DNA from: an uncultured archaeon
GTDB taxonomy: Archaea; Thermoproteota; Nitrososphaeria; Nitrososphaerales; Gagatemarchaeaceae
Reading direction: 5' to 3'
Length of the DNA: 64,000 nucleotides
NCBI GenBank assembly: GCA_963817525.1
Contig: CAWFOU010000001.1
Location: 960,001-1,024,000, forward strand
In this document: positions 9,674 to 18,582 of the stretch, piece after piece
Position numbering within the stretch: the first letter of the stretch is position 1
How the letters are laid out: the number at the start of each line of letters is the position of its first letter
The notes under the pieces: model-generated
Told to the model about the DNA's origin: nothing
Databases searched by the model: none
The model's input: only the letters and a program-made list of their open reading frames with translations
Translations under genes and position numbers: made by a program

Positions 9674-10999
9674 TTGACAACAAAGTTACCGGCCCCTAGC
9701 AACGAGGTTCCTCCTGCCAATAAAAGCTCACCAGGGTTTCTCTCGTTCATGCAACGCCAAGAGCAAGCAAGGCAACCGACGCCTACAAAAGTGCCGATGA
9801 CTACTGGCGGCACAAAAGTCGGGAACAGTAGCGCGAAAGGAAGGGCACCCCCCTCGAATCCGGCCTCGGAGATTTCTTGTCCGATATGCGGATCTGAGGT
9901 CACCAAAGCCATGTTGCCCGACGGCCTCGACGACGACGCACTAGTCCTCCTCCACGACCACGTCCATGCAGGAAACCTCGTTCCAATGTTGGAGCTGGCC
10001 GACATCGTTTCCAGACACCTCGACCCGTCCAAAATCGGACCTGAGATTCAAATCAAGGACTACCTCGCGAAACTGTCACAAGCTGCAAGGACCGTCCTCG
10101 AGAAGCAAGTCGAATTCTTCCAAAGCACGACCAGGGAGGAGAAGGAAGACAAAGCAGCCATGCTGGAAAAAGCCCTCAAGGAGCAGCGAGACCTCGTAAA
10201 GCAATACGAGGATGAGATGAAGGGAATCCAAGAACAACAGCTCCGACAAGTCGAATCATTCAACGAGGCCATCGCTGACATCAGGGAGAAGCTAGTCGGC
10301 ACAGGGATCGGCAAAGTGACGGAGGTCGTGACCATCAAAGAGCTGAAGTCAGCCTTCCCGCAAGACACGTTCACCAACTCCAAAGCCTCACGAGGCATGG
10401 CCGACATTGTCGCCACCGTAAGGGAGGACGGATCGGATTCGGGCAAGGTCGTGATCAGCGTGAAGAACGAAGCACGCTGGGGGGAAGAGTTCATCGACCA
10501 GCTGAGGCGGAATCTCCAGGACGAGGGTGCGAAGTGGGGCATCCTTGTGACACGGGTATTCCCGGCTGACGCGCTCAATGACAAGATGACCCTTTCCCAA
10601 GAGGGGTTCTTCCTGGTCAAGCCCGAATATGCCCCAATAGCTTACCAAGCCATGAGACAGGCGGCAATACAGTGGCACGCAGCCCAACGATGGGTCAGCG
10701 ACAGAGAAGAGCAACTCCAACTGAACGAGAAGATCACGGAGGTAATCCGGCAATGGATCCGTGGAGACAACTTCAGCCAAATCATCAGGTCGATAGACAA
10801 CGCCGTCAACGAAAGTCGTCAGACCGATGAGCTTCTCGTCCAGTTCTACAGATACGCAGAGCGCAAGGTCGCAGAAATGAGGAAAGTTCAAACTGCGCTC
10901 CGAGAATCGCTGATCAAAGGAAGCGACCTCCTGGGAGAACTGAAGCAAGGACTCGAGTCTGCCCAAGTGAGCAGAACCGTTTCCACGAGGGACAAGTGA
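9674..10999 (+). CDS. DUF2130/RmuC-like coiled-coil PD-(D/E)XK protein with N-terminal Zn finger
   Basis: 'ELKSAFPQD..ADIV..V....GKVVISVKN...W...FIDQL......A..GILVT..FP', long coiled coils, CPIC..HDH; start uncertain. Confidence 0.7.
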   Translation: MTTKLPAPSNEVPPANKSSPGFLSFMQRQEQARQPTPTKVPMTTGGTKVGNSSAKGRAPPSNPASEISCPICGSEVTKAMLPDGLDDDALVLLHDHVHAGNLVPMLELADIVSRHLDPSKIGPEIQIKDYLAKLSQAARTVLEKQVEFFQSTTREEKEDKAAMLEKALKEQRDLVKQYEDEMKGIQEQQLRQVESFNEAIADIREKLVGTGIGKVTEVVTIKELKSAFPQDTFTNSKASRGMADIVATVREDGSDSGKVVISVKNEARWGEEFIDQLRRNLQDEGAKWGILVTRVFPADALNDKMTLSQEGFFLVKPEYAPIAYQAMRQAAIQWHAAQRWVSDREEQLQLNEKITEVIRQWIRGDNFSQIIRSIDNAVNESRQTDELLVQFYRYAERKVAEMRKVQTALRESLIKGSDLLGELKQGLESAQVSRTVSTRDK

Positions 11000-11056
11000 G
11001 ACAAGGGGGCAGGAGCATCCTTCTCCTGCCCTTCTCTCATTTCTCGGACCGAATAG

Positions 11057-12091
11057 TCAAGTTGAATCATGTAGTCGAGGCCTTGCCTCAGTTGACTTCA
11101 AGAAAGATTCGCCCCCATTTGTGAGGACGTATGAAACTCGTGTTCCATCCTGTACCCTATGGACAAGTCCTAACTCGTCCAGTCTGCCAATCACGCCAGC
11201 GCGAGTCGGGGCAAGCATGGAATCTTGAAGGCTCGGAAGAAATTTCTTCAATGTTTTATCAACAGCGTCTGGAGTATCCTTTCCGTCCGTTATCCCCTCA
11301 ATTATTAGACGGGAAAGCTCCCATTCACGCGGAAGGGTCTTTTTCACGCAACTCATGTAGAACTGTGCTTCTTCCTCAGATAGCGTACCTTCGGCCTTTT
11401 CCCACTCACCATCGAGTACAGGGTTTCTCAACTTGGCGAAGTTGAAACCATCTCTAGTTAGAGACGCTTCAGGATGTCCATTCTTCCTCTCGAGAAGGAC
11501 GAATCTCAATGCTACAGGGAACCCGCCTATGCGTCCCTTGTTGCTCATGGTGCCCACGAACATATTTTTGAATCGTTCTAGAGCTTTGTCTCCTCGTCGG
11601 ACTGGTAGTCCGGTCGCGAATCTTTCACCACGACTGAGCTTCCGGTTCTTGTCTGCCACGAGAAGGTGCTTACCGATGGTTCTTGCCCGCAGCGCTGATT
11701 CCTCACGAAGGACCTTCAAATCAATCGATTTGCTATCGTTCGACAGGAGAAGTTGAGACAGTGCACGCAAGGTAATTTTAACTGGAAAAATCCGATTGTA
11801 GAGGCCCCAAATTATTTCATCGGGGTCAGCTTTCTGAATCGATTGCGCTAGCGCAGGTTCTTCGGTTGGCGCTTTAAGTGAAAGCGGACCGCTGATATCC
11901 GCGGTTCGCGGTACGTCGTCCAATTGATTTCTGGAACCCGCATCCGTACTCTCTTGAGGGGCAAGTTCGAGCTCGATTTGGTTTTGTATTGCGACCGTTA
12001 TGAATTGAGCAACCGAAGAATATCGATGCTCTCGAAGCAGCTCCTGAATTTTCTCCCAGACTTCTGGATCTAAATCAATAATGTGTCGCAT
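11057..12091 (-). CDS. RHH plus multi-winged-helix protein
   Basis: N-terminal RHH-like 'IDLDPEVWEKI..L.....YSSVAQFI..AI'; C-terminal 'RLDELGLV.R...G..VSY.LT..G'. Confidence 0.7.
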   Translation of the reverse strand: MRHIIDLDPEVWEKIQELLREHRYSSVAQFITVAIQNQIELELAPQESTDAGSRNQLDDVPRTADISGPLSLKAPTEEPALAQSIQKADPDEIIWGLYNRIFPVKITLRALSQLLLSNDSKSIDLKVLREESALRARTIGKHLLVADKNRKLSRGERFATGLPVRRGDKALERFKNMFVGTMSNKGRIGGFPVALRFVLLERKNGHPEASLTRDGFNFAKLRNPVLDGEWEKAEGTLSEEEAQFYMSCVKKTLPREWELSRLIIEGITDGKDTPDAVDKTLKKFLPSLQDSMLAPTRAGVIGRLDELGLVHRVQDGTRVSYVLTNGGESFLKSTEARPRLHDST

Positions 12092-12324
12092 GCTGCACCG
12101 TGGTGGTACAGTAAAACCTTATTAAGAGTTTACCCACTCTATCTGGCGTTAGGCGTGGTCAAGCTTAGATTAAGGGGGACTAAATGTGACCAAATGAGCA
12201 GTAAATACACTCGAGCTTGCACTCGAGAGTCTGACAATCCTCTTCGTCGACGTGAAGAAAGCACCGAGGGGAAGTGGCTAGTCCAATCGTTAATACACGG
12301 CGATGACCAACAACGACACGGGGC

Positions 12325-12930
12325 ATGAAGGGTGGAATAACGAATCGCGATATCTGCCTCTACGCCCTAATCAACGTGGGAGGAGACGTCGGCTATGTCG
12401 CGACGGAAGACGTTGCCGTAAAAGCCTTCGAGATCTATCCACAGCGCTTTGGCCTCATTCGCCACCCAAAATATCCCGACGTGGATTCGGTGCGAGTTAC
12501 TCTGACGGACCTTCGAAAGGAGAAATATGGATCTCTTGTAGAAGGTAACAAGAAAAGAGGTTGGCGCGTTAGTTCCAGCGGAACTAGTTTGATTGCCGAA
12601 AATCGCATTATAGTCCAGAAGGCACTCAAGGATAAGTTACCGGAAGAGCGCAGAATCTCGAGTGGAGTCCGCTTAACAAGCGAAAAGGTGCGGTCGACAA
12701 GGTTAAGCCGCATCCTGAGGTCTGAGGCGTTTGCGAAGTGGAAGAAAGGAGTAGAGCCATCAGTCTATGATTTCTATGATGTGATGAGAGTTGACGACTA
12801 CACTCCGGAAAGCACCTATCGGGAGCACCTTAAGGCGCTGACCGATGTAGTTCCCGACAACGCCGAAGTCAGGAAGTTCCTGTCAGAAATTGACCGGATG
12901 TATGGGGAGAGCTACCGCCATCATGGCTGA
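12325..12930 (+). CDS. Winged-helix-like protein, first gene of GHKL operon
   Basis: 'TEDVAVKAFEIYP.RF....YPD...VRV.L.DL......VEG....GWRV...G'; stop overlaps the next ATG. Confidence 0.7.
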   Translation: MKGGITNRDICLYALINVGGDVGYVATEDVAVKAFEIYPQRFGLIRHPKYPDVDSVRVTLTDLRKEKYGSLVEGNKKRGWRVSSSGTSLIAENRIIVQKALKDKLPEERRISSGVRLTSEKVRSTRLSRILRSEAFAKWKKGVEPSVYDFYDVMRVDDYTPESTYREHLKALTDVVPDNAEVRKFLSEIDRMYGESYRHHG

Positions 12931-14656
12931 GCATGAGCTTTACGCTCGTAGTGACGTAGGCCGGGACATACTCCAAAATTCTACATATTTCTCCAGCGTC
13001 CCAAAGGCGTTGAACGAATACGTATGGAACTCGATTGATTATTGCAAGATGAACAAGAGCGTCGAAGTAAAAGTAGCAAAACATGCTGGCAAGATTAAGA
13101 TTCGCAAAAAGGGGACTCGCAAGTACAATGGCATAGTGGTCGAGGAGATAAGAAATGGAGGAGGCATGTCTCGAGAAGACCTTGTGAGATTCTTTACAAT
13201 GCACGGAGAGACTCTCGCACGCAAGGAGGGAAGGCACGTAAGAGGGCGGTTCGGAACGGGAAAGGCCGCAGCATTTGGAATTGGTAACGTACTCATTATT
13301 GACACCGTCAAGAACGGAAAAAGGAACGTGGTTAGACTTGGGAAGGATCAACTGACCCCAGGACTTGACAGGGTTCCGATTGAGCCGCTCTTGACCGAAG
13401 CCCAAGTGGATCTCCCTGATGGGACAACGGTGATAATCGACAAGCTGATTGTCAAACGAGTTAAGGTCGAATCGGTCAAGAAGTTCTTGACGAGGTCATT
13501 AGGAATGCAACTGCGAACGCACGACGTCATAGTCGAAGGCGAGAAGCTCGAATACTCTCAACCTGAGTATGACAAGGAATGGTCTTTCAACTGCCCATTA
13601 GCTCTGAAGGAGGAATTGGGCGAAGTTGCATTGAAGCTTCGACTATCAAAGAGAGAGTTAGAACAAGAGGAGGGTGGTGTGGCAATACTCTCCTCCGGAT
13701 ACCCTATGGAGTTCTATGATTCTACAAAGATGGGTTCGTGGTCGTCCAGGCTTTTCGGAGAGGTAGACGTGCCGCTGCTGGATTCCGACGATGAAATTCC
13801 CACCTTCGATAATACTAGGAGCAAGCTGAACAGGGACAACCAGAGAGTGACTCACCTGCTTCGGTGGATTGACGAAAAAGTGGCTGAAGCAGTGACCGAT
13901 TTAGAAGCGGAAGCAAGAGCCAAAATAACCAAGGCAGAAACTCAAAAACTCGAGGTAATCGCCAATGAGCTCGCCGATTTGCTTAACGATGATTTCTCAG
14001 ATATCATCACCGAACTTGAATCCAAGCCGCTGATTGGAGGAACCGGGCAGCTCGAGTCCGGAATCGAAGAAAGAAAAGAAGGAATCATTACTCTCATCAA
14101 AGACAATATGGGAGAAACAAGAGTCACCTTGGATGGTGACGGGAACGTAATCGTACTAGACGCGCCCGACGGAGATGGTCCTGGAAAAAAGACACCCCGG
14201 GTGCCTCATGAGCCTCACAATCCGCATGAACCCCCCGAACCCAAAACACCCGAGGAACTCCATCGAGGAAACCTATCCGAAGTTGGTGACTCGGCACGAG
14301 AGACGGATACCGCCGGTGAGAAACGAAAACACAGAGGCGGGTTCAAGATAGACTATGTGCATGAAGGGCCTGATGCTTTTCGAGCCAGATGGGTGAGAGA
14401 GGAGATGACAATTAAGCTGAACATGGATTATCCTGAGCTTAGTATCTTCAATGACATAGAGGACGCCCGCTTCAAGGCTCTATCTGGTGAGCTTGCGATC
14501 GCCGAATACGCAATTGCCGCGGTTAACTTGGAAGTGGAGAACGGTTACGTCGACGTCAGCAACACAGCAAGTGATGCGCTAATCGAATATCGAAGAATCA
14601 TTACGAGACTCGGAAAAAAGATCGCCCCGCTAATGCAGCGCTGGTTCAATTCCTGA
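12923..14656 (+). CDS. MORC-like GHKL ATPase (HATPase_c_3)
   Basis: N-box ALNEYVWNSID, NGGGMS, GRFGTGKAA, GTTVII; S5-like region, coiled coil; ATG 12923 overlaps upstream stop. Confidence 0.85.
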   Translation: MAEHELYARSDVGRDILQNSTYFSSVPKALNEYVWNSIDYCKMNKSVEVKVAKHAGKIKIRKKGTRKYNGIVVEEIRNGGGMSREDLVRFFTMHGETLARKEGRHVRGRFGTGKAAAFGIGNVLIIDTVKNGKRNVVRLGKDQLTPGLDRVPIEPLLTEAQVDLPDGTTVIIDKLIVKRVKVESVKKFLTRSLGMQLRTHDVIVEGEKLEYSQPEYDKEWSFNCPLALKEELGEVALKLRLSKRELEQEEGGVAILSSGYPMEFYDSTKMGSWSSRLFGEVDVPLLDSDDEIPTFDNTRSKLNRDNQRVTHLLRWIDEKVAEAVTDLEAEARAKITKAETQKLEVIANELADLLNDDFSDIITELESKPLIGGTGQLESGIEERKEGIITLIKDNMGETRVTLDGDGNVIVLDAPDGDGPGKKTPRVPHEPHNPHEPPEPKTPEELHRGNLSEVGDSARETDTAGEKRKHRGGFKIDYVHEGPDAFRARWVREEMTIKLNMDYPELSIFNDIEDARFKALSGELAIAEYAIAAVNLEVENGYVDVSNTASDALIEYRRIITRLGKKIAPLMQRWFNS

Positions 14657-14697
14657 GCAAGGCGAGTTAATTAGGGAAGTCTAATTCAAATTTCGAC

Positions 14698-14856
14698 ATG
14701 GGTGGATTGGGCGAGTGCCCCTGTTGCAAGCAGTGGAAGGAGCTCACTGAGCATCATGTCAAGGAAGCAGGCAACCAAAAAGTGATGATCTGTTTAGATT
14801 GTCACCAAAGGATAGAAGAGTATCTCAAGATACTCGTCAAGCTGCGAAGCAAATAA
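14698..14856 (+). CDS. 52-aa HNH-like zinc-binding peptide (absent from ORF track)
   Basis: MGGLGECPCCKQWKELTEHHVKEAGNQKVMICLDCHQRIEEYLKILVKLRSK: CxxC..HH..N..CxxCH. Confidence 0.7.
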   Translation: MGGLGECPCCKQWKELTEHHVKEAGNQKVMICLDCHQRIEEYLKILVKLRSK

Positions 14857-14933
14857 CACGCGCAACGCGTGGTTCCCTGACAGCCCTCCTGAGCAACACT
14901 TACGCTAACGACCGGAAGTGCAACGAAACGCAC

Positions 14934-15455
14934 TCACTGCATTGGTACGACGATGATCTGCCAGTTGGCGTTGGCGGAGAGTACTGCCACATAGTAGTTT
15001 TGGCCTGGCGTTAGGCCATATCCGAAGCTGCTTGATTGCCCGGTCTGTGCGTTGACATCGCCTTGTGCCACGTAGACCTGGCTGCCCACCGGATAGACAT
15101 ACCAGCTAACCCCGCTGTAAGAGACCGCACTGCTCGAGACGTTCATGCTCACTTTGATGGTTGAAGTGGTCGCCGTAAATGGCGGGCTGTTGGCGTTGCC
15201 TGAGCCGTTGTAATTTACTAGTGCCGTCCCCGCACTCAGACTGGTGACGGTAGACACAACAGAAGTTGTCTTCGTTACAGTGACGGTCGAAGCTTGGGCG
15301 GCAGTACTCGCCTGAGAGCCTTGGCTGCCCACCGTCTGGGTAACCGTTCTTGTCGCCGTCTGACCTGAACTGCCGCCGCTTGTCGCTGCGGCGCCTATGC
15401 CAGCCCCAATTATGAGAGCTACGATCGCCACCCCAATTGCTACAAACGTCTTCAT
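14934..15455 (-). CDS. Membrane-anchored Ser/Thr-rich surface protein
   Basis: N-terminal TM, T/S stalk, beta-rich C-terminal domain. Confidence 0.75.
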   Translation of the reverse strand: MKTFVAIGVAIVALIIGAGIGAAATSGGSSGQTATRTVTQTVGSQGSQASTAAQASTVTVTKTTSVVSTVTSLSAGTALVNYNGSGNANSPPFTATTSTIKVSMNVSSSAVSYSGVSWYVYPVGSQVYVAQGDVNAQTGQSSSFGYGLTPGQNYYVAVLSANANWQIIVVPMQ

Positions 15456-15572
15456 TGCGGATTGCTATCGAGGCACGATATTTAGCCATTGGTATTTATG
15501 CAGGATTAGTGCATGATGTATTCGTGATTAGGGTAATATCAGTAAGGTATGCACATGAGCTTGTCAGCGTTC

Positions 15573-15728
15573 ATGGTCAAGTGATACAGGAACGTGAGCA
15601 TACCTGAAGAGCTGTATCTTGAACTGGAGAAGCTCGTGAAGTCAAACAAAGCTGGGTATGTCAGCGTGTCCGATGCGGTCAAAGACTGTGTTAGAGAGCT
15701 TCTGAGGAAGCACAAAATGCTGCCCTAA
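15573..15728 (+). pseudogene. Ribbon-helix-helix (CopG/Arc/MetJ) regulator with in-frame TGA at codon 4
   Basis: ATG GTC AAG TGA TAC..: MVK*YRNVSIPEELYLELEKLVKSNKAGYVSVSDAVKDCVRELL. Confidence 0.7.
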
Positions 15729-15781
15729 GCAAGCACAAAGCAACGGGGAACGAATATAATCAACCATCGGGCACAAAGTGC

Positions 15782-16073
15782 ATGTCCGACTGGCGAACTG
15801 TCGGGGTAAGGCTCAAGGAGGAAGACGTTGCGCAGCTGAACCAACGTCTCAAACAGCTTGGTTATGGCTCTCTAAACGAGTTTGTGGGCGGGATCACGAA
15901 AGGGGTTGTAACCAACAAGCAGATTGTGGATGAGCTGGCTGAGGCAGTGGCAGACAGGATTGTTAACAAATTGTTAAACAGTCCGTTGGGCAAAGAGCCC
16001 AATCTGGGTGAGGAGTGGCGCCGGCGACGAGATTTGAACTCGCAAGCCCTTTCGAGCGGCAGCTTTCCAGGCT
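15782..16073 (+). CDS. Integrase N-terminal fragment (int-N, RHH-like start)
   Basis: Reads RRRRDLNSQALSSGSFPG through att in the same frame as int-C; joining gives a 395-aa protein. Confidence 0.85.
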
Positions 16074-16103
16074 GCTGGGTTACCAGGTTACCCATACGCC
16101 GGC
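16016..16103 (-). tRNA. tRNA-Ser(GGA), no intron, encoded CCA
   Basis: GCCGGCG/CGCCGGC acceptor, GCAGC-CTGGAAA-GCTGC anticodon arm, long variable arm, GTTCAAATC T-loop. Confidence 0.93.
16017..16073. repeat. att site within tRNA-Ser
   Basis: Identical to 4972-5028; ends in the anticodon loop. Confidence 0.96.
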
Positions 16104-16191
16104 CCGGCCGTGTCGCCAGTGATTTTACCGTATATCGACTTTGCGTATCCGTCGAACAAGGGCTTTAACCCGCGAATCCCAAGAGTTCGCA

Positions 16192-17019
16192 TTGGGCAAG
16201 ATAATCGACGCCCACACCCACTGCTCGGGCAGGAGGAGGGACGACAGGCTCAGGCCATACGCGAAGCTCAACGGGCTGCGCTATGACCTCGAGGAGCTCC
16301 TGGGAAAGATGGAGGAGAACGGCGTCGTCCGGGCGCTGCTGCTGAGCCCACCCATGAGCGGGGGCGCGCCCCTCCCTAACGAGGAGGTCTTGAGGCTCTG
16401 CGAGAGAAGCGGCGAGAGGCTCCTCCCCGTCTTCACGGTGGAGCCCGAGAAGGGCGCTGTTAGGGAAGCGCTGAGGCTGGCGGAGGCGCGCCGTGGGTTG
16501 GTGAAGGGGTTCAAGGTCTGGCTCGGGTATAGGCGGGTCTTCGCCCGGGATCCCGTCTTCTCCCCGCTCTACGACTACGCTGAGGAGAACAAGCTCCCGG
16601 TGCTCTTCCACACGGGCGACACGGCCACAAGCACGGGGAGCCTTGCCCACGCCCACCCGCTCACCCTAGACGAGGTCGCGAACGAGAGGGAGGGCCTGAG
16701 AATCGTGGTCTGCCACATGGGCAACCCGTGGATCCTCGACACCGCGGAGCTGCTCTACAAGCACCCCAACGTCTTCGCGGACATCTCGGGGCTCGTCGTG
16801 GGGGGTGCGGCGTACACGGAGGACTACGTCACGATGCTCGCCCAGAGGATAAGCGAGGCCGTCTACTACGCGGGAGGGGCGGAGAAGGTGATGTTCGGGA
16901 CCGACTATCCGGTCCAGACGTTCGACAAGGGCCTCTCGCTGGTCTCCAAGCTCAAGGTGACCCATGCGGACAAGGAGAAGATGCTGTGGCGCAACGCCTC
17001 GAGGCTGTTCTCGATATGA
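16192..17019 (+). CDS. Amidohydrolase family protein (Amidohydro_2)
   Basis: IIDAHTH, PVLFHTG, VCHMGNP, MFGTDYP. Confidence 0.9.
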   Translation: MGKIIDAHTHCSGRRRDDRLRPYAKLNGLRYDLEELLGKMEENGVVRALLLSPPMSGGAPLPNEEVLRLCERSGERLLPVFTVEPEKGAVREALRLAEARRGLVKGFKVWLGYRRVFARDPVFSPLYDYAEENKLPVLFHTGDTATSTGSLAHAHPLTLDEVANEREGLRIVVCHMGNPWILDTAELLYKHPNVFADISGLVVGGAAYTEDYVTMLAQRISEAVYYAGGAEKVMFGTDYPVQTFDKGLSLVSKLKVTHADKEKMLWRNASRLFSI

Positions 17020-17531
17020 CGCCGGCGAAAGTCGAGATCATCGAAGTCCCGAAGGGCGAGAGGGAGCGGCTGCTCCCGATACTCGAGGAGAGCTTCGAGG
17101 GGCTGTACCTCTGGCATGCGAGGCGCACCTTGCACGGCATCGGGGTGGTCAGGGAGGCGCGCACAGCCGAGGGCGAGGACGCAGGGCTCATAATGATCAA
17201 GGAGCTGGGCGAGGGGGCGGGGTACGTCTACTATGTCGCCGTCCCACCTCGCTTCAGGAGGCGGGGGATAGGCGGGAGGCTCCTTGACGACGCGCTCTCC
17301 CTCTTCGCCGAGAAGGGGGTGCGGGACGTCTACGCCAGCGTCGAGGAGGAAAACGTGGATTCGAAGAAGCTCTTCGGCTCGAGGGGGTTCGAGAGGGTCG
17401 AGGGCTCGAAGATGGCGGCGAAGTACGGGAGGATAAAGTCGCTCCTCATGTACCGCGAGATGACCGTCGTCCCCGGAGAGGTCCTCATGGGGAAGAGCCT
17501 CGAAGCGGGCGCGAAGCCCGGCTCGGGCTAG
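17016..17531 (+). CDS. GNAT N-acetyltransferase
   Basis: VAVPPRFRRRGIG motif A, N..S..LF...GF; ATGA overlap. Confidence 0.9.
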   Translation: MTPAKVEIIEVPKGERERLLPILEESFEGLYLWHARRTLHGIGVVREARTAEGEDAGLIMIKELGEGAGYVYYVAVPPRFRRRGIGGRLLDDALSLFAEKGVRDVYASVEEENVDSKKLFGSRGFERVEGSKMAAKYGRIKSLLMYREMTVVPGEVLMGKSLEAGAKPGSG

Positions 17532-17532
17532 G

Positions 17533-18582
17533 TCAAGCGCCTTTTGCGCCCGGCGAGGGCTCGGCGGCGCGTCCTTCCTGTTCGGGTTTGTCCTGCTTTT
17601 TCCACATCTTCGGGTACGTCCCCTGGTCCATGATCACGCGCCTGACGGGGAAGGCTATCCCCTTGGGCTGCGCCTGGACCTCCTCGGTAGTCATTGAGGC
17701 CTCCGCGATCCCGATCAGCTCGCCCTTCGCGGTCAGGAGCACGACGGTCTCCCTCTTCGTGATGCCCTTCGAGAGCGAGATCACGCCCGGGATGGCGAGC
17801 ATCGCGCCGTGGCAGACGGCGTCGACCGCCGAGTCCTTCACGACCACTTGACGGATGCCGTCCAGGCAGGACTCGATGGGCCACACCACCCTGCGCAGCT
17901 CCGACTCGTCCCCCGAGTCCTTCCACTTTTGCATCGCGATGTCGAGCGCGTGGAGGGTGACTATGCCCTTGCCCTCGTCGAGCGGGCCGACCTTGGTCCT
18001 CCGGAGCTCTACCATGGTCGCCCCCACGGCCAAGACCTCCCCGATGTCGTAGAAGAGCTTCCGGATGTAGGTGCCCGCCTGGCACACGCACCTGAGAAGG
18101 AAGAGGTTCCCCCTCTGCTCGAGAACCTCGAGCTCGTAGATCCGCCTCGTGCGGGTCTCCCTCTTGACCGAAGAGCGCTGGGGAGGCCTCTGGTAGATCT
18201 CGTCGGTGAACTCCGCTATGACCCGGTCGACCTCCGCCCGCGGGACCGAGGAGTGGATGCGCATTATCCCGACGTACTCCTTGGGGAAGATGAGGAGCAG
18301 CCCGAGCGCCTTGGTAGCCCTCCCCAGGCCGATGGGGAGCATCCCCGAGACGCCGGGGTCGAGGGTGCCGCTGTGCCCCGCCTTGTCTATGCCGGTGAGG
18401 CGCCTGACCCAGGAGACCTCCTCGTGGCTCGTCGGGCCGGTGGTCTTGTCGAGGGGTATCAGGCCGTAGTTGAGCAGCTCCTTGATCGGGCGCTTCGAGG
18501 GCTCCCAGCCGTACTTGGGGTCGGTGGGCTCCTCGCTGATGGTGACCATATCATCGGTCGCGGCCCCGGTCGGGATCGTCAA
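17533..18582 (-). CDS. cbf5: H/ACA pseudouridine synthase Cbf5
   Basis: DK..GPTSHE, GHSGTLDP, GTYIRKL, PUA domain; TTG start overlapping cmk stop. Confidence 0.95.
   Translation of the reverse strand: MTIPTGAATDDMVTISEEPTDPKYGWEPSKRPIKELLNYGLIPLDKTTGPTSHEEVSWVRRLTGIDKAGHSGTLDPGVSGMLPIGLGRATKALGLLLIFPKEYVGIMRIHSSVPRAEVDRVIAEFTDEIYQRPPQRSSVKRETRTRRIYELEVLEQRGNLFLLRCVCQAGTYIRKLFYDIGEVLAVGATMVELRRTKVGPLDEGKGIVTLHALDIAMQKWKDSGDESELRRVVWPIESCLDGIRQVVVKDSAVDAVCHGAMLAIPGVISLSKGITKRETVVLLTAKGELIGIAEASMTTEEVQAQPKGIAFPVRRVIMDQGTYPKMWKKQDKPEQEGRAAEPSPGAKGA

Larger units (their letters stand above)
4972..16073. mobile_element. Integrated element in tRNA-Ser(GGA) with split SSV1-type tyrosine integrase
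   Basis: Identical 57-bp direct repeats at both ends, integrase halves at both ends, visibly lower GC than flanks. Confidence 0.93.

Noticed and set aside
15582-15584. TGA read-through as selenocysteine
   Set aside because: RHH N-terminus is not a redox site and no SECIS-like element was seen; nonsense mutation or error is simpler
15959-15980. Tandem attgttaa repeat as integrase arm site
   Set aside because: No matching copy seen near the other att; explained by IVNKLLN coding
4972-16073. Provirus or conjugative element
   Set aside because: No capsid, packaging ATPase, VirB4/VirD4 or replicase recognised
15782-16168. Stand-alone 128-aa protein
   Set aside because: Its 3' part is antisense tRNA read-through; it is the split integrase N-fragment
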